Under the pieces are notes generated by a model that ran no database searches, had not been told where the DNA came from, and saw only the letters and a program-made list of their open reading frames with translations. A DNA stretch of 64,000 nucleotides. Source: Octopus sinensis. Taxonomy: Eukaryota. Below are positions 13,601 to 26,122 of the stretch, one piece after another. How positions within the stretch are numbered: the stretch's first letter is position 1; each line of letters begins with the position of its first letter. Where the stretch lies: contig NC_043016.1 of NCBI RefSeq assembly GCF_006345805.1, positions 32,178,001 through 32,242,000 of the forward strand, in the 5' to 3' direction. The position numbers were made by a program, and so were the translations under genes.

Positions 13601-16600
13601 ATAATAATAATAAATAGAGATACGGATGAATTAAAGTTCAAAGATTTCTTATCTTGAGATCACTTCGTTTACGGACAGACTTGGCAAAAGGAATTCGGAA
13701 TCAAGAATGAGGCATTTTACTAGCTTAAGTATGCATAGCCATGGCGGGTGGTAGGAAGAGAGGAGTCCAGACAGACGACAATGTAACAAGAGGGGGAGAG
13801 AAGGGAAGAAAAGAAAACCCCGCGAAGAATCGGCAGCCAATTTCTATAAGGGAGATAGATCTTAAAATAAATATCATAGATAACTAGTGAATTATACAGA
13901 ATATGCAAAACGAGGCGAGGCGAGGCTGAAATAGTAAACAGAGTGGCGACTAGGGGGATCAGAATAATAATAATTAATAAATAATAATAATAAATAGAGA
14001 TACGGATGAATTAAAGTTCAAAGATTTCTTATCTTGAGATCACTTCGTTTACGGACAGACTTGGCAAAAGGAATTCGGAATCAAGAATGAGGCATTTTAC
14101 TAGCTTAAGTATGCATAGCCATGGCGGGTGGTAGGAAGAGAGGAGTCCAGACAGACGACAATGTAACAAGAGGGGGAGAGAAGGGAAGAGAAAAGAAAAA
14201 CCCCGCGAAGAATCGGCAGCCAATTTCTATAAGGGAGATAGATCTTAAAATATCAATAACGATAACTAGTGAATTATACAGAATATGCAAAACGAGGCGA
14301 GGCGAGGCTGAAATAGTAAACAGAGTGGCGACTAGGGGGATCAGAATAATAATAATTAATAAATAATAATAATAAATAGAGATACGGATGAATTAAAGTT
14401 CAAAGATTTCTTATCTTGAGATCACTTCGTTTACGGACAGACTTGGCAAAAGGAATTCGGAATCAAGAATGAGGCATTTTACTAGCTTAAGTATGCATAG
14501 CCATGGCGGGTGGTAGGAAGAGAGGAGTCCAGACAGACGACAATGTAACAAGAGGGGGGAGAGAAGGGAAGAGAAAAGAAAAAACCCCGCGAAGAATCGG
14601 CAGCCAATTTCTATAAGGGAGATAGATCTTAAAATATCAATAACGATAACTAGTGAATTATACAGAATATGCAAAACGAGGCGAGGCGAGGCTGAAATAG
14701 TAAACAGAGTGGCGACTAGGGGGATCAGAATAATAATAATTAATAAATAATAATAATAAATAGAGATACGGATGAATTAAAGTTCAAAGATTTCTTATCT
14801 TGAGATCACTTCGTTTACGGACAGACTTGGCAAAAGGAATTCGGAATCAAGAATGAGGCATTTACTACTAGCTTAAGTATGCATAGCCATGGCGGGTGGT
14901 AGGAAGAGAGGAGTCCAGACAGACGACAATGTAACAAGAGGGGGAGAGAAGGGAAGAGAAAAGAAAAACCCCCGCGAAGAATCGGCAGCCAATTTCTATA
15001 AGGGAGTATCTTAAAATATCAATAACGATAACTAGTGAATTATACAGAATATAAAACGCAAACGAGGCGAGGCGAGGCTGAAATAGTAAACAGAGTGGCG
15101 ACTAGGGGATCAGAATAATAATAATTAATAAATAATAATAATAAATAGAGATACGGATGAATTAAAGTTCAAAGATTTCTTATCTTGAGATCACTTCGTT
15201 TACGGACAGACTTGGCAAAAGGAATTCGGAATCAAGAATGAGGCATTTTACTAGCTTAAGTATGCATAGCCATGGCGGGTGGTAGGAAGAGAGGAGTCCA
15301 GACAGACGACAATGTAACAAGAGGGGGAGAGAAGGGAAGAGAAAAGAAAACCCCGCGAAGAATCGGCAGCCAATTTCTATAAGGGAGATAGATCTTAAAA
15401 TATCAATAACGATAACTAGTGAATTATACAGAATATGCAAAACGAGGCGAGGCGAGGCTGAAATAGTAAACAGAGTGGCGACTAGGGGGATCAGAATAAT
15501 AATAATTAATAAATAATAATAATAAATAGAGATACGGATGAATTAAAGTTCAAAGATTTCTTATCTTGAGATCACTTCGTTCGTTTACGGACAGACTTGG
15601 CAAAAGGAATTCGGAATCAAGAATGAGGCATTTTACTAGCTTAAGTATGCATAGCCATGGCGGGTGGTAGGAAGAGAGGAGTCCAGACAGACGACAATGT
15701 AACAAGAGGGGGAGAGAAGGGAAGAGAAAAGAAAACCCCGCGAAGAATCGGCAGCCAATTTCTATAAGGGAGATAGATCTTAAAATATCAATAACGATAA
15801 CTAGTGAATTATACAGAATATGCAAAACGAGGCGAGGCGAGGCTGAAATAGTAAACAGAGTGGCGACTAGGGGGATCAGAATAATAATAATTAATAAATA
15901 ATAATAATAAATAGAGATACGGATGAATTAAAGTTCAAAGATTTCTTATCTTGAGATCACTTCGTTTACGGACAGACTTGGCAAAAGGAATTCGGAATCA
16001 AGAATGAGGCATTTTACTAGCTTAAGTATGCATAGCCATGGCGGGTGGTAGGAAGAGAGGAGTCCAGACAGACGACAATGTAACAAGAGGGGGAGAGAAG
16101 GGAAGAGAAAAGAAAAACCCCGCGAAGAATCGGCAGCCAATTTCTATAAGGGAGATAGATCTTAAAATATCAATAACGATAACTAGTGAATTATACAGAA
16201 TATGCAAAACGAGGCGAGGCGAGGCTGAAATAGTAAACAGAGTGGCGACTAGGGGGATCAGAATAATAATAATTAATAAATAATAATAATAAATAGAGAT
16301 ACGGATGAATTAAAGTTCAAAGATTTCTTATCTTGAGATCACTTCGTTTACGGACAGACTTGGCAAAAGGAATTCGGAATCAAGAATGAGGCATTTTACT
16401 AGCTTAAGTATGCATAGCCATGGCGGGTGGTAGGAAGAGAGGAGTCCAGACAGACGACAATGTAACAAGAGGGGGAGAGAAGGGAAGAGAAAAGAAAACC
16501 CCGCGAAGAATCGGCAGCCAATTTCTATAAGGGAGATAGATCTTAAAATATCAATAACGATAACTAGTGAATTATACAGAATATGCAAAACGAGGCGAGG

Positions 16601-16743
16601 CGAGGCTGAAATAGTAAACAGAGTGGCGACTAGGGGGATCAGAATAATAATAATTAATAAATAATAATAATAAATAGAGATACGGATGAATTAAAGTTCA
16701 AAGATTTCTTATCTTGAGATCATCAACTTCGTTTACGGACAGA
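1617..16743. repeat. Highly homogeneous 382-bp satellite array, about 39.6 copies
   Basis: gatttcttatcttgag recurs at 5251 and 5633 (period 382) and throughout; copies differ almost only by small indels in homopolymers or short repeats. Confidence 0.98.
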
Positions 16744-16860
16744 CTTGATATTATATATGTACTATATATCTGTGCGCAAACACACCATCCAACACACACA
16801 AACACACACTCTAATAAGTGCTACAGCTTTTTTTTTTTTCAATCATTGTTTAATGCTTAC

Positions 16861-16953
16861 ACTCTGCTGTTGTTTGCTGCAAAAGAGCAGCTGGTCTTTC
16901 TACACCAACATGTACGACAGAATTTTCTGAAAATGGCTGACTGCAACAATCTT
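16861..16953 (-). CDS. Candidate 93-nt symmetric (phase 1-1) coding exon of an unidentified gene
   Basis: Minus strand taatcag|AAGATTGT...GCAGAGT|gtaagc; open frame (E)DCCSQPFSENSVVHVGVERPAALLQQTTAE in unique sequence. No homology recognised. Confidence 0.3.
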
Positions 16954-17301
16954 CTGATTACTAAGTTATTAAAACTACAAATTCAAAAGTAGCTACAGGT
17001 ACTAACGCACTCACACGTACACACACACACACACACATGCACGTATGCACACACTCACCACACTCACACATGCATACACACACACACACACACACACACG
17101 AGTGTACGTGTTTATGTGTTTGTATACGAATGCATATGTAAACATTAACTTAAATGTATTAGTTTTATGTCATTACGGAGTTAATTGCATTTTGATAGAT
17201 ACTAGCAGCAAATATTGACAAATATTGAATAAATTGCACTTGGTCATCAGGCAGTATACATGAATGTGTACAAAAGTTCTTACATAATGGAATGTATGTA
17301 T

Positions 17302-17500
17302 ATATCATCATCATCATTGTCATCATCCTTTAACATCCATTTTCCATGCTGGCATAGGTTGGACAGTTTGACCAGAGCTGGTAAGATGGAGAGCTGCAAT
17401 AAGTTCCTGTCTGATTTTGCATGGTTTCTGCAGCTGGATGCCCTTCCTAGTGCCAACCACTTTACAGTGTGCAGGATGATTGTGATGTGGCACTGGATGG
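17302..17500 (-). mobile_element. Diverged RTE-LINE 3' end fragment
   Basis: (CAT)n, then tttaacatccattttccatgctggcat...cagctggatgcccttcctagtgccaaccac. Confidence 0.8.
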
Positions 17501-17894
17501 GTGTGTTAATGTTATATGTACTCTTGTGTGGAGCCTGCACAAGACTCTTCCATCCAACATGTCTCCTGTTCTGTTTGGTTCATTCTCGGACTAAACAAAA
17601 CAAGAGGAGACACGTGGGCTGGAAAGTTACTGAAGAGACCACAGAGCATGTGATAAAAGATTTCCAAATTGTGGACATAAAATAATAATAATAATAAACA
17701 ATTACGGAGATGGACTTGCATAGCAAGTGACTTGATGTGAGAACATGTGCTGTAACAAAAACAATTGCAATGTGAAAGATGTTTGTAAGCCATTCAAGAA
17801 CACACAAAAAAAGCCATTAGTTTCACTTTAACGAGTGACGAAAATATTTTGACACAAATATAATATGTCAAAGTGAATCGACCATGGATCGACC

Positions 17895-20800
17895 AGATTT
17901 GGCAAGCTGGAGAGCTGCACCAGGTTCCAGTCTGATTTGGCTTGGTTTCTACAGCTGGATGCCCTTCCTAGTGCCAACCACTTTATAGTGTGTACTGAGT
18001 GCTAGAGGTGGCAAGCTGGAGAGCTGCACAAGGTTCCAGTCTGATTTGGCTTGGTTTCTACAGCTGGATGCCCTTCCTAGTGCCAACCACTTATAGTGTG
18101 TGCTGAGTGCTAGAGCTGGCAAGCTGGAGAGCTGCACCAGGTTCCAGTCTGATTTGGCTTGGTTTCTACAGCTGGATGCCCTTCCTAGTGCCAACCACTT
18201 TATAGTGTGTGCTGAGTGCTAGAGGTGGCAAGCTGGAGAGCTGCACAAGGTTCCAGTCTGATTTGGCTTGGTTTCTACAGCTGGATGCCCTTCCTAATGC
18301 CAACCACTTTATAGTGTGTGCTGAGTGCCAGAGGTGGCAAGCTGGAGAGCTGCACCAGGTTCCAATCTGATTTGGCTTGGTTTCTACAGCTGGATGCCCT
18401 TCCTAGTGCCAACCACTTTATAGTGTGTGCTGAGTGCTAGAGGTGGCATGATGGAGAGCTGCACCAGGTTCCAATCTGATTTGGCTTGGTTTCTACAGCT
18501 GGATGCCCTTCCTAGTGCCAACCACTTATAGTGTGTGCTGAGTGCTAGAGGTGGCAAGCTGGAGAGCTGCACAAGGTTCCAGTCTGATTTGGCTGGTTTC
18601 TACAGCTGGATGCCCTTCCTAGTGCCAACTACTTTATAGTGTGTGCTGAGTGCTAGAGGTGGCAAGCTGGAGAGCTGCACAAGGTTCCAGTCTGATTTGG
18701 CTTGGTTTCTACAGCTGGATGCCCTCCTAGTGCCAACTACTTTATAGTGTGTGCTGAGTGCTAGAGGTGGCAAGCTGGAGAGCTGCACAAGGTTCCAGTC
18801 TGATTTGGCATTGTTTACAGCTGAATGCCCTTCCTAGTGCCAACCACTTTATAGTGTGTGCTGAGTGCTAGAGCTGGCATGATGGAGAGCTGCCCAAGGT
18901 TCCAGTCTGATTTGGCTTGGTTTCTACAGCTGGATGCCCTTCCTAGTGCCAACCACTTTATAGTGTGTGCTGAGTGCTAGAGCTGGCATGATGGGAGCTG
19001 CCCAAGGTTCCAGTCTGATTTGGCTTGGTTTCTACAGCTGGATGCCCTTCCTAGTGCCAACCACTTTATAGTGTGTGCTGAGTGCTAGAGCTGGCATGAT
19101 GGAGAGCTGCCCAAGGTTCCAGTCTGATTTGGCTTGGTTTCTACAGCTGGATGCCCTTCCTAGTGCCAACTACTTTATAGTGTGTGCTGAGTGCTAGAGG
19201 TGGCAAGCTGGAGAGCTGCACAAGGTTCCAGTCTGATTTGGCTTGGTTTCTACAGCTGGATGCCCTTCCTAGTGCCAACCACTTTATAGTGTGTGCTGAG
19301 TGCTAGAGCTGGCATGATGGAGAGCTGCCCAAGGTTCCAGTCTGATTTGGCTTGGTTTCTACAGCTGAATGCCCTTCCTAGTGCCAACCACTTTATAGTG
19401 TGTGCTGAGTGCTAGAGCTGGCATGATGGAGAGCTGCCCAAGGTTCCAGTCTGATTTGGCTTGGTTTCTACAGCTGGATGCCCTTCCTAGTGCCAAACAC
19501 TTTATAGTGTGTACTGAGTGCTAGAGCTGGCAAGGTTGAGAGCTGCACAAGGTTCCAATCTGATTTGGCTTGGTTTCTACAGCTGATGCCCTCCTAGTGC
19601 CAACCACTTTATTGTGTGCTGAGTGCTAGAGGTGGCAAGCTGGAGAGCTGCACACCAGGTTCCAGTCTGATTTGCTTGGTTTCTACAGCTGAATGCCCTT
19701 CCTAGTGCCAACCACTTTATAGTGTGTGCTGAGTGCTAGAGCTGGCATGATGGAGAGCTGCCCAAGGTTCCAGTCTGATTTGGCTTGGTTTCTACAGCTG
19801 GATGCCCTTCCTAGTGCCAAACACTTTATAGTGTGTACTGAGTGCTAGAGCTGGCAAGGTTGAGAGCTGCACAAGGTTCCAATCTGATTTGGCTTGGTTT
19901 CTACAGCTGGATGCCCTTCCTAGTGCCAACCACTTTATAGTGTGTACTGAGTGCTAGAGGTGCAAGCTGGAGAGCTGCCCAAGGTTCCAGTCTGATTTGG
20001 CTTGGTTTCTACAGCTGGATGCCTTCCTAGTGCCAACCACTTTATAGTGTGTGCTGAGTGCTAGAGTGGCAAGCTGGAGAGCTGCACAAGGTTCCAGTCT
20101 GATTTGGCTTGGTTTCTACAGCTGGATGCCTTCCTAGTGCCAACCACTTTATAGTGTGTACTGAGTGCTAGAGGTGGCAAGCTGGAGAGCTGCACCAGGT
20201 TCCAGTCTGATTTGGCTTGGTTTCTACAGCTGGATGCCCTTCCTAATGCCAACCACTTTAGTGTGTACTGAGTGCTAGAGTTAGAAAGCTGGAGAGCTGC
20301 ACAGGTTCCAGTCTGATTTGGCTTGGTTTCTACAGCTGGATGCCCTCCTAGTGCCAACCACTTTATAGTGGTGTGAGTGCTAGAGTTAGAAAGCTGGAGA
20401 GCTGCACAAGGTTCCAGTCTGATTTGGCTTGGTTTCTACAGGGATGCCCTTCCTAGTGCCAACCACTTTATAGTGTGTACTGAGTGCTAGAGGTGCAAGC
20501 TGGAGAGCTGCACCAGGTTCCAGTCTGATTTGGCTTGGTTTCTACAGCTGGATGCCCTTCTAGTGCAACCACTTTATAGTGTGTGCTGAGTGCTAGAGGG
20601 GGAAGCTGGAGAGTTGCACCAGGTTCCAGTCTGATTTGGCTTGGTTCTACAGCTGGATGCCCTTCCTAGTGCCAACCACTTTATAGTGTGTACTGAGTGC
20701 TAGAGGTGGCAAGCTGGAGAGCTGCACCAGGTTCCAGTCTGATTTGGCTTGGTTTCTACAGCTGGATGCCCTTCCTAGTGCCAACCACTTTATAGTGTGT

Positions 20801-21345
20801 GCTGAGTGCTAGAGCTGGCATGATGGAGAGCTGCCCAAGGTTCCAGTCTGATTTGGCTTGGTTTCTACAGCTGGATGCCCTTCCTAATGCCAACCATTTA
20901 TATGTGTGTGCTGAGTGCCAGAGGTGGCAAGCTGGAGAGCTGCACAAGGTTCCAGTCTGATTTGGCTTGGTTTCTACAGCTGAATGCCCTTCCTAGTGCC
21001 AACCACTTTATAGTGTGTGCTGAGTGCTAGAGGTGGCAAGCTGGAGAGCTGCACCAGGTTCCAGTCTGATTTGGCTTGGTTTCTACAGCTGGATGCCCTT
21101 CCTAGTGCCAACCACTTTATAGTGTGTGCTGAGTGCTAGAGGTGCAAGCTGGAGAGCTGCACCAGGTTCCAGTCTGATTTGGCTTGGTTTCTACAGCTGG
21201 ATGCCCTTCCTAGTGCCAACCACTTTATAGTGTGTTGCTGAGTGCTAGAGGTGGCAAGCTGGAGAGCTGCCCAAGGTTCCAGTCTGATTTGGCTTGGTTT
21301 CTACAGCTGGATGCCCTTCCTAGTGCCATCCACTTTACAACATTG
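17895..21345. repeat. 109-bp tandem array (about 31 copies) derived from an RTE-LINE 3' UTR segment
   Basis: ggcaagctgg recurs at 17901 and 18010; the unit contains ctacagctggatgcccttcctagtgccaaccact, shared with all RTE 3' ends in the window. Confidence 0.95.
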
Positions 21346-22029
21346 CTGGGTGCTCTCAAAGTGGCACTGGCATGAATGATGTATGGCATAGCTGGCTAAA
21401 ACTTTGAAATCTTTGTAAATAATATTTTTGTGGGCAGGAATAATAATATGTGCTCTATAAAAGTATAAAGTAACCCATATGATTAATGTAAAATTGTTTT
21501 TTTATCACAACTGATCACGAAAACAAACTTTAATATATGTGTCAACATGGTGATCTTGTTTGCTTGTTATGTATGCCAACATATTTGAAAAAGAAAAAAA
21601 AAAGCCCCTATATATCTGTGATTCTAAAGAAAGACCGAGAAAGTTAAAAAAGTAGAAAAGAAAGAAAAAAGGAAGGGAGAAAGAGAAGAAAGAAGGAAGG
21701 ATAATCTAGGCATTTTCTAGTTCCACATCAAACTCTATCTTACATATTAAATAATATATATAATCAATGTAATAATTCTGTATATTTTTCTGGTTCCCAT
21801 GCATCTTCTCACTTACCAAACTTTGGAAGTTAATGTACAATACCAACAACCCTGTATTTGCTGTTTGTTGTTGATGTTGTTGTTGTTGTCTAGACCAGAG
21901 TGGTCTCAACCAGATCTTATGTGTAGACCAATGATCAGCCAGATTCTATCTTGTTGTTTTCTTCCCTGGGGTGGGGGAGCTGTCTGTATAGGAAACTTAT
22001 GTCAGCATCGTAAACACAAGCATGTCTTT

Positions 22030-22800
22030 TGCTTTAGGGTTGGGGGGTGGAGGTGGAGGTTTGGTGCAGAGTGTGTGTGTGTGGAGAATGGCTTGGTGGA
22101 GAGGGAGTGGTGGTGTAGGTCAAACGACCATGACCCACCCTCAGTATCGGCTTACTTGTCAGGGTGCGGTGTGGTGTTGGGGAGTGGGGATAAGTATCCA
22201 GGTGTTGGGAGAGTGGGGGTAGTGCATAATAATGCATATGTGTTGGTGTGAAGGTTGTTAATGGTCGAAGGTGGTGGTGGTGGTGGTAGTGATGGTGGTG
22301 GTGGTGGTTCTGGGTGGTGATGGTGACAGTGGTGATATTGGTGGTGGTGGTGGAAGCAGCAATGTTGGTTACTGTGTTGATGCTGATGTCGGTGGCGATG
22401 GTGATGGTGCCGGTGATAGTGATGATGATGGTGGTTGTGGTGGTGGGGGGTGGGCGGGCGGGATACAGAAAGAGAAGCAGAATGGTAATGAAGATGGTTT
22501 TGGTGGTGATGGTGGTGGTGGTGGTGGTGGTGGCGGTGTTGCTGGTGGTGGTGGTGTTGCTGTTGCTGCTCCTGATGATGATGATGATGATGATTATAAT
22601 GAGCATGATAATTGTAGTGGAGGTAGTGATAACAATTATGTTGGACAATGATGATGATGACGACTACGCTGACTCCTGGCAACGATGATGATGATGATGA
22701 TGATGACAATGACAACGAAGATGATGATGATGATGATGATGATTATGATATATACCGGGGGGGGGGGGGGTTGTAGTTCTATTGGTGGTGGTGGTGATGG
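22030..22800. repeat. Low-complexity (GGT)n/(GAT)n tract
   Basis: Degenerate trinucleotide runs; ORFs in all frames are homopolymeric. Confidence 0.9.
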
Positions 22801-23049
22801 TGATGGTGGCACCTCCCTCTTCTTCCCTTTCCCCCAAATGCAATCAGGTTGACTGATGGTGACCCCTGTTAGTTGCAATGCACTATGACAATGTTATAAA
22901 CATATCAGATATCTTAGAGGAGGAAGTAACCCAACTCAGTAGTTCACCCATCCCCTTCTACTCCCCCCTCCTCCGCTGGAGTGGTGATAGTCCCCTTGGC
23001 AGGGATAGGATCCACCATCGGTGTGAATTTATGTTGTGTGTGTGTGTAA

Positions 23050-24390
23050 GAAAGTAAGAGAGAGGAGGAGGAGAGGAAAACTGGGTGTGGGGAGTTAGGG
23101 AGTGATGTGTTACTTCACCCCTACTCCTATTAGCCTACATCCCCCTCTCCCTCTGTTTCCTTCCTGCACCTGTGTACACATGTTACAGAGAAAGAGGAGG
23201 AGAGAGATGAGGAGAGAGAGGTCTAGTTTTTTTTAGCAGTTTGTTTTTTTCTATTTCTAATTGAATGTCAACACCATGATGTCACAGTCCAAGATGTTAA
23301 AAGTGAAGAGTAAGAGTTACTTGAGGGGAGAGAGAGAGAGAGAGAAAGAGAGGGAGGGAGTGAGTGGGATAGGCTAGACAAAAAAGGAGAGACATAGAGA
23401 GAAAGTAGGTAGAAATAGGGAGGAGACAGAGGACAGAGAGAGAGAGAGAGAGAAAGGTGGACTGACTGAAAAATCATAGGAGATAGGAGAGAGAAAGTGG
23501 GATATCGTCAAAAGAGAAGGGAGAAATAGAGAGAAGTAGGGAAAAAGAGGAAGGGAGGGAAAGAGAGAGACAGGGGGCAGAGCAGAGAAGAGAGAGAGAG
23601 AGAGTGGTGTGAAGAGAAAGTGGTGTGGGATATATGGAAATGGAACAAAGGGCGAGACATAGAGATAGAGAGAGAAGGTAGAGAGAAAGAGGAAGAGAAT
23701 GCAGAGGACATGGGGACAGGGAGAGAGAGTGAAGAAGAGAGGGGGACAGAAAAATCATAGAAGAAAAAAGAAGAGAGAGAGAGAGAGTGATGGAGAGGAA
23801 GGAGAGAAAATGGGATAGGGTAGAACAGGAGAGACAGAGAGTAGGGAAAAAGAGGAAGAGAAAAAGAGGACAGGCACAGAGAGAGAGAGAGAGAGAGGAT
23901 AAGTGAGGAAGGGAGGGGTACAGAAAAATCATGAAAGTAAAAGAGAAAGAGATGAAGAGGGAGGGAGGGAGAAAATAGGAATAGGGTAGGTAGGTTAGAA
24001 GAAGGACAGAGAACAGAAGGAGAGACAGAAGAGGGAGAAAGAGGAAGAGAAAGAGAGAGAAAGAGACAGGCAGGGAGAGAGAGTATGAGTGAGGAAGAGA
24101 GGGGAACAGAAAAGTCATGAGAGAAAAAGGGAGAGAGAGTTAGAGAGAGAAAGAGAGATGGAGAGGAAGAGAGAGGAAGAGTGAGAACAAGCGGAAAACA
24201 AAAGGGGCAGAGAGTGAGAGAAATTGAGAGAGAGAGAGAGAGAGGGGTGAGATTTTGAGAGTTGAGACCATATATATATAAGAGAGAGAGAGAGAGAGAT
24301 GAAGAGAATTGTGAAGTTGTGTGTGTGTGTAAGTGAGAGAGAGAGAGAGAGAGAGAGAGTGAGAGGGTGTGGGAGAGTGAGATAGAGAGA
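23050..24390. repeat. Polypurine (GA/GAG/GAA) low-complexity tract
   Basis: About 1.3 kb that is almost exclusively purine on the + strand. Confidence 0.9.
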
Positions 24391-24699
24391 CAGCTGATGT
24401 TTAACTCTGGTAGAGCCCTCTGGTAGACTTACAATTAAAGTGGCATTCCAGTCATGACCATCTCATCTTTTGTGTTTGGGGTGGGATTAGGGTAGTGTAC
24501 ATCAGACAATCTTACTGAATGCTGCTTTTTCTTTTTTCCAAGATGGCGGGTGCAATTCGAGGTAGACTTGGCTATTATTTCTAGCAGGCTTTGTGATCAT
24601 GTAGGTAGAAGTTCCTTCTTTGGTTCAGTACAGAGAGGGAGTGTAAGGAATTTTCCGAGGGGGTTGGGGGGAAGGAGATAGTAGTAACAATAGAGTGGT

Positions 24700-25010
24700 G
24701 ATAGTGGTGATGGGGGGGGTTGCTGATGCTGGTGATATTCAGTAGTGTCAGTGGTATCGGTGGTGTTTGGCACTGGCACTCGCACTCGTAAACAATGGTT
24801 AGTAGTGATGGCAGCAGTGGGGTGGTAGTGATACCAGCAGTAGTGGCAGCAGTGGCAGTGACAGAGGTGGTAGTGGTGGTGGTGGTGGTGGTGGTGGTGG
24901 TGGTGGTGGCGGCGGTAGTGGCAGTGGTGGTGGTGGTGGTGACAGTGGTAGAGGTGGAGGTGGTGATGGCAGTTGGGGGTGGGTGGTAGCAGTGGTGGCA
25001 GTGGTCCAGA
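24700..25010. repeat. (GGT)n/(GGC)n/(AGT)n low-complexity tract
   Basis: Directly visible trinucleotide runs. Confidence 0.9.
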
Positions 25011-25462
25011 CCATGAAGGGTGCAATGGAAGCAAGGGTGTGTAAAGATACTGTAAGCACACACACACACACACACACACACATGTGCACGTGCATGCACA
25101 CAGACAGAAGCTTACTGTGCAGCAGATCCCGTATGGAGTAAAGGGTAGGAATGGTGCGAAGGAAGGGATTACTATTGTTGAGGTGTGCAAAAGGAAGGGA
25201 CATGATTGTAGAATGGAAAGGGAAAAAATAGTGTAAGAGAACTATTTCTTATTAGCAAAGACAAAGAGAGAGAGAGAAAGAGAGAGTATTCACCATAAGG
25301 TTGAGAAAAAGAGGGGACAAAACAAACGTTGGGGTCAGGGTATTGAATGAGATGAACCGTATGAATAAACAAACAATTGAAATATATACAATTAAATGAG
25401 AATGAGTGATTAACAAAAAATGAAGCGGAGGACACGGTTGACCCCACAAACCACATACTCAC

Positions 25463-25631
25463 ACTGAAGAGTTTGCTTTCTCCTTTTTTACATTTGACAA
25501 GCAAATGGGGCCCAAATTTGATTCTACTACATGGTATCTTGAGAAAGGGTCTGCCATTGTAAGTAACTTCTTTGGGTTGGTAAACGCCTTGTGAGTGGAA
25601 CTTTATGGATAAACACCATGCTGTATGTAGC
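25463..25631 (-). CDS. Candidate exon with possible start codon (MADPFSRYHVVESNLGPICLSNVKKEKANSS)
   Basis: Minus strand tataacag|G...CTTCAGT|gtgagt; ATG at 25557 with A at -3 and G at +4. No homology recognised. Confidence 0.2.
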
Positions 25632-25689
25632 CTGTTATATAAACGGGTTTTGTTATAGGTATAAGGGACAAGAAATTTTGGTGGAGGGG

Positions 25690-25860
25690 GCCAGTCAATT
25701 GTATCAACCTCAGTGCTCAACTAGTTCTTAGTTTTATCAACCCCCTAAAATGATGAAAGACCAAGCCAATCTTGGTGGAGCTTGAACTCAGATCAGGAAG
25801 ACATGCGAAATGCTGGTAAGCATTTTGTCTAGCATGCTAACAATTGTGCCAGCTTGCTAA
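25690..25860 (-). mobile_element. tRNA-derived SINE, family 2
   Basis: Reverse complement of the head with B-box-like GAGTTCAA and the gcctttcatcc...gataaa core. Confidence 0.75.
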
Positions 25861-25926
25861 CTTAACATCAATAATAACAATAATAATAACAATAATAATA
25901 ATATATAATATAATAATAATATAATA

Positions 25927-26089
25927 GGTGTGGAAGTGGCTGTGTGGTAAGTAGCTTGCTTACAAACCACATGGTTCCGGGTTCAGTCCCACTGCATGGC
26001 ACCTTGGGCAAGTGTCTTCTACTATAGCCTCGGGCCGACCAAAGCCTTGTGAGTGGATTTGGTAAGATGGAAACTGAAGAAGTCTGTTG

Positions 26090-26122
<33 letters not shown>

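Noticed and set aside
1617-16743. Recurrent 61-87 aa ORFs in the 382-bp array (MAGGRKRG..., MHILYNSL..., MAADSSRG...)
   Set aside because: They overlap on both strands, break at homopolymer indels, often start at non-ATG codons, and resemble no known domain. They are expected by-products of a repeated unit.
22034-25203. Long His/Thr/Pro/Val/Ser-Leu-rich ORFs
   Set aside because: They are open in several frames because of trinucleotide and dinucleotide repeats lacking stop codons.
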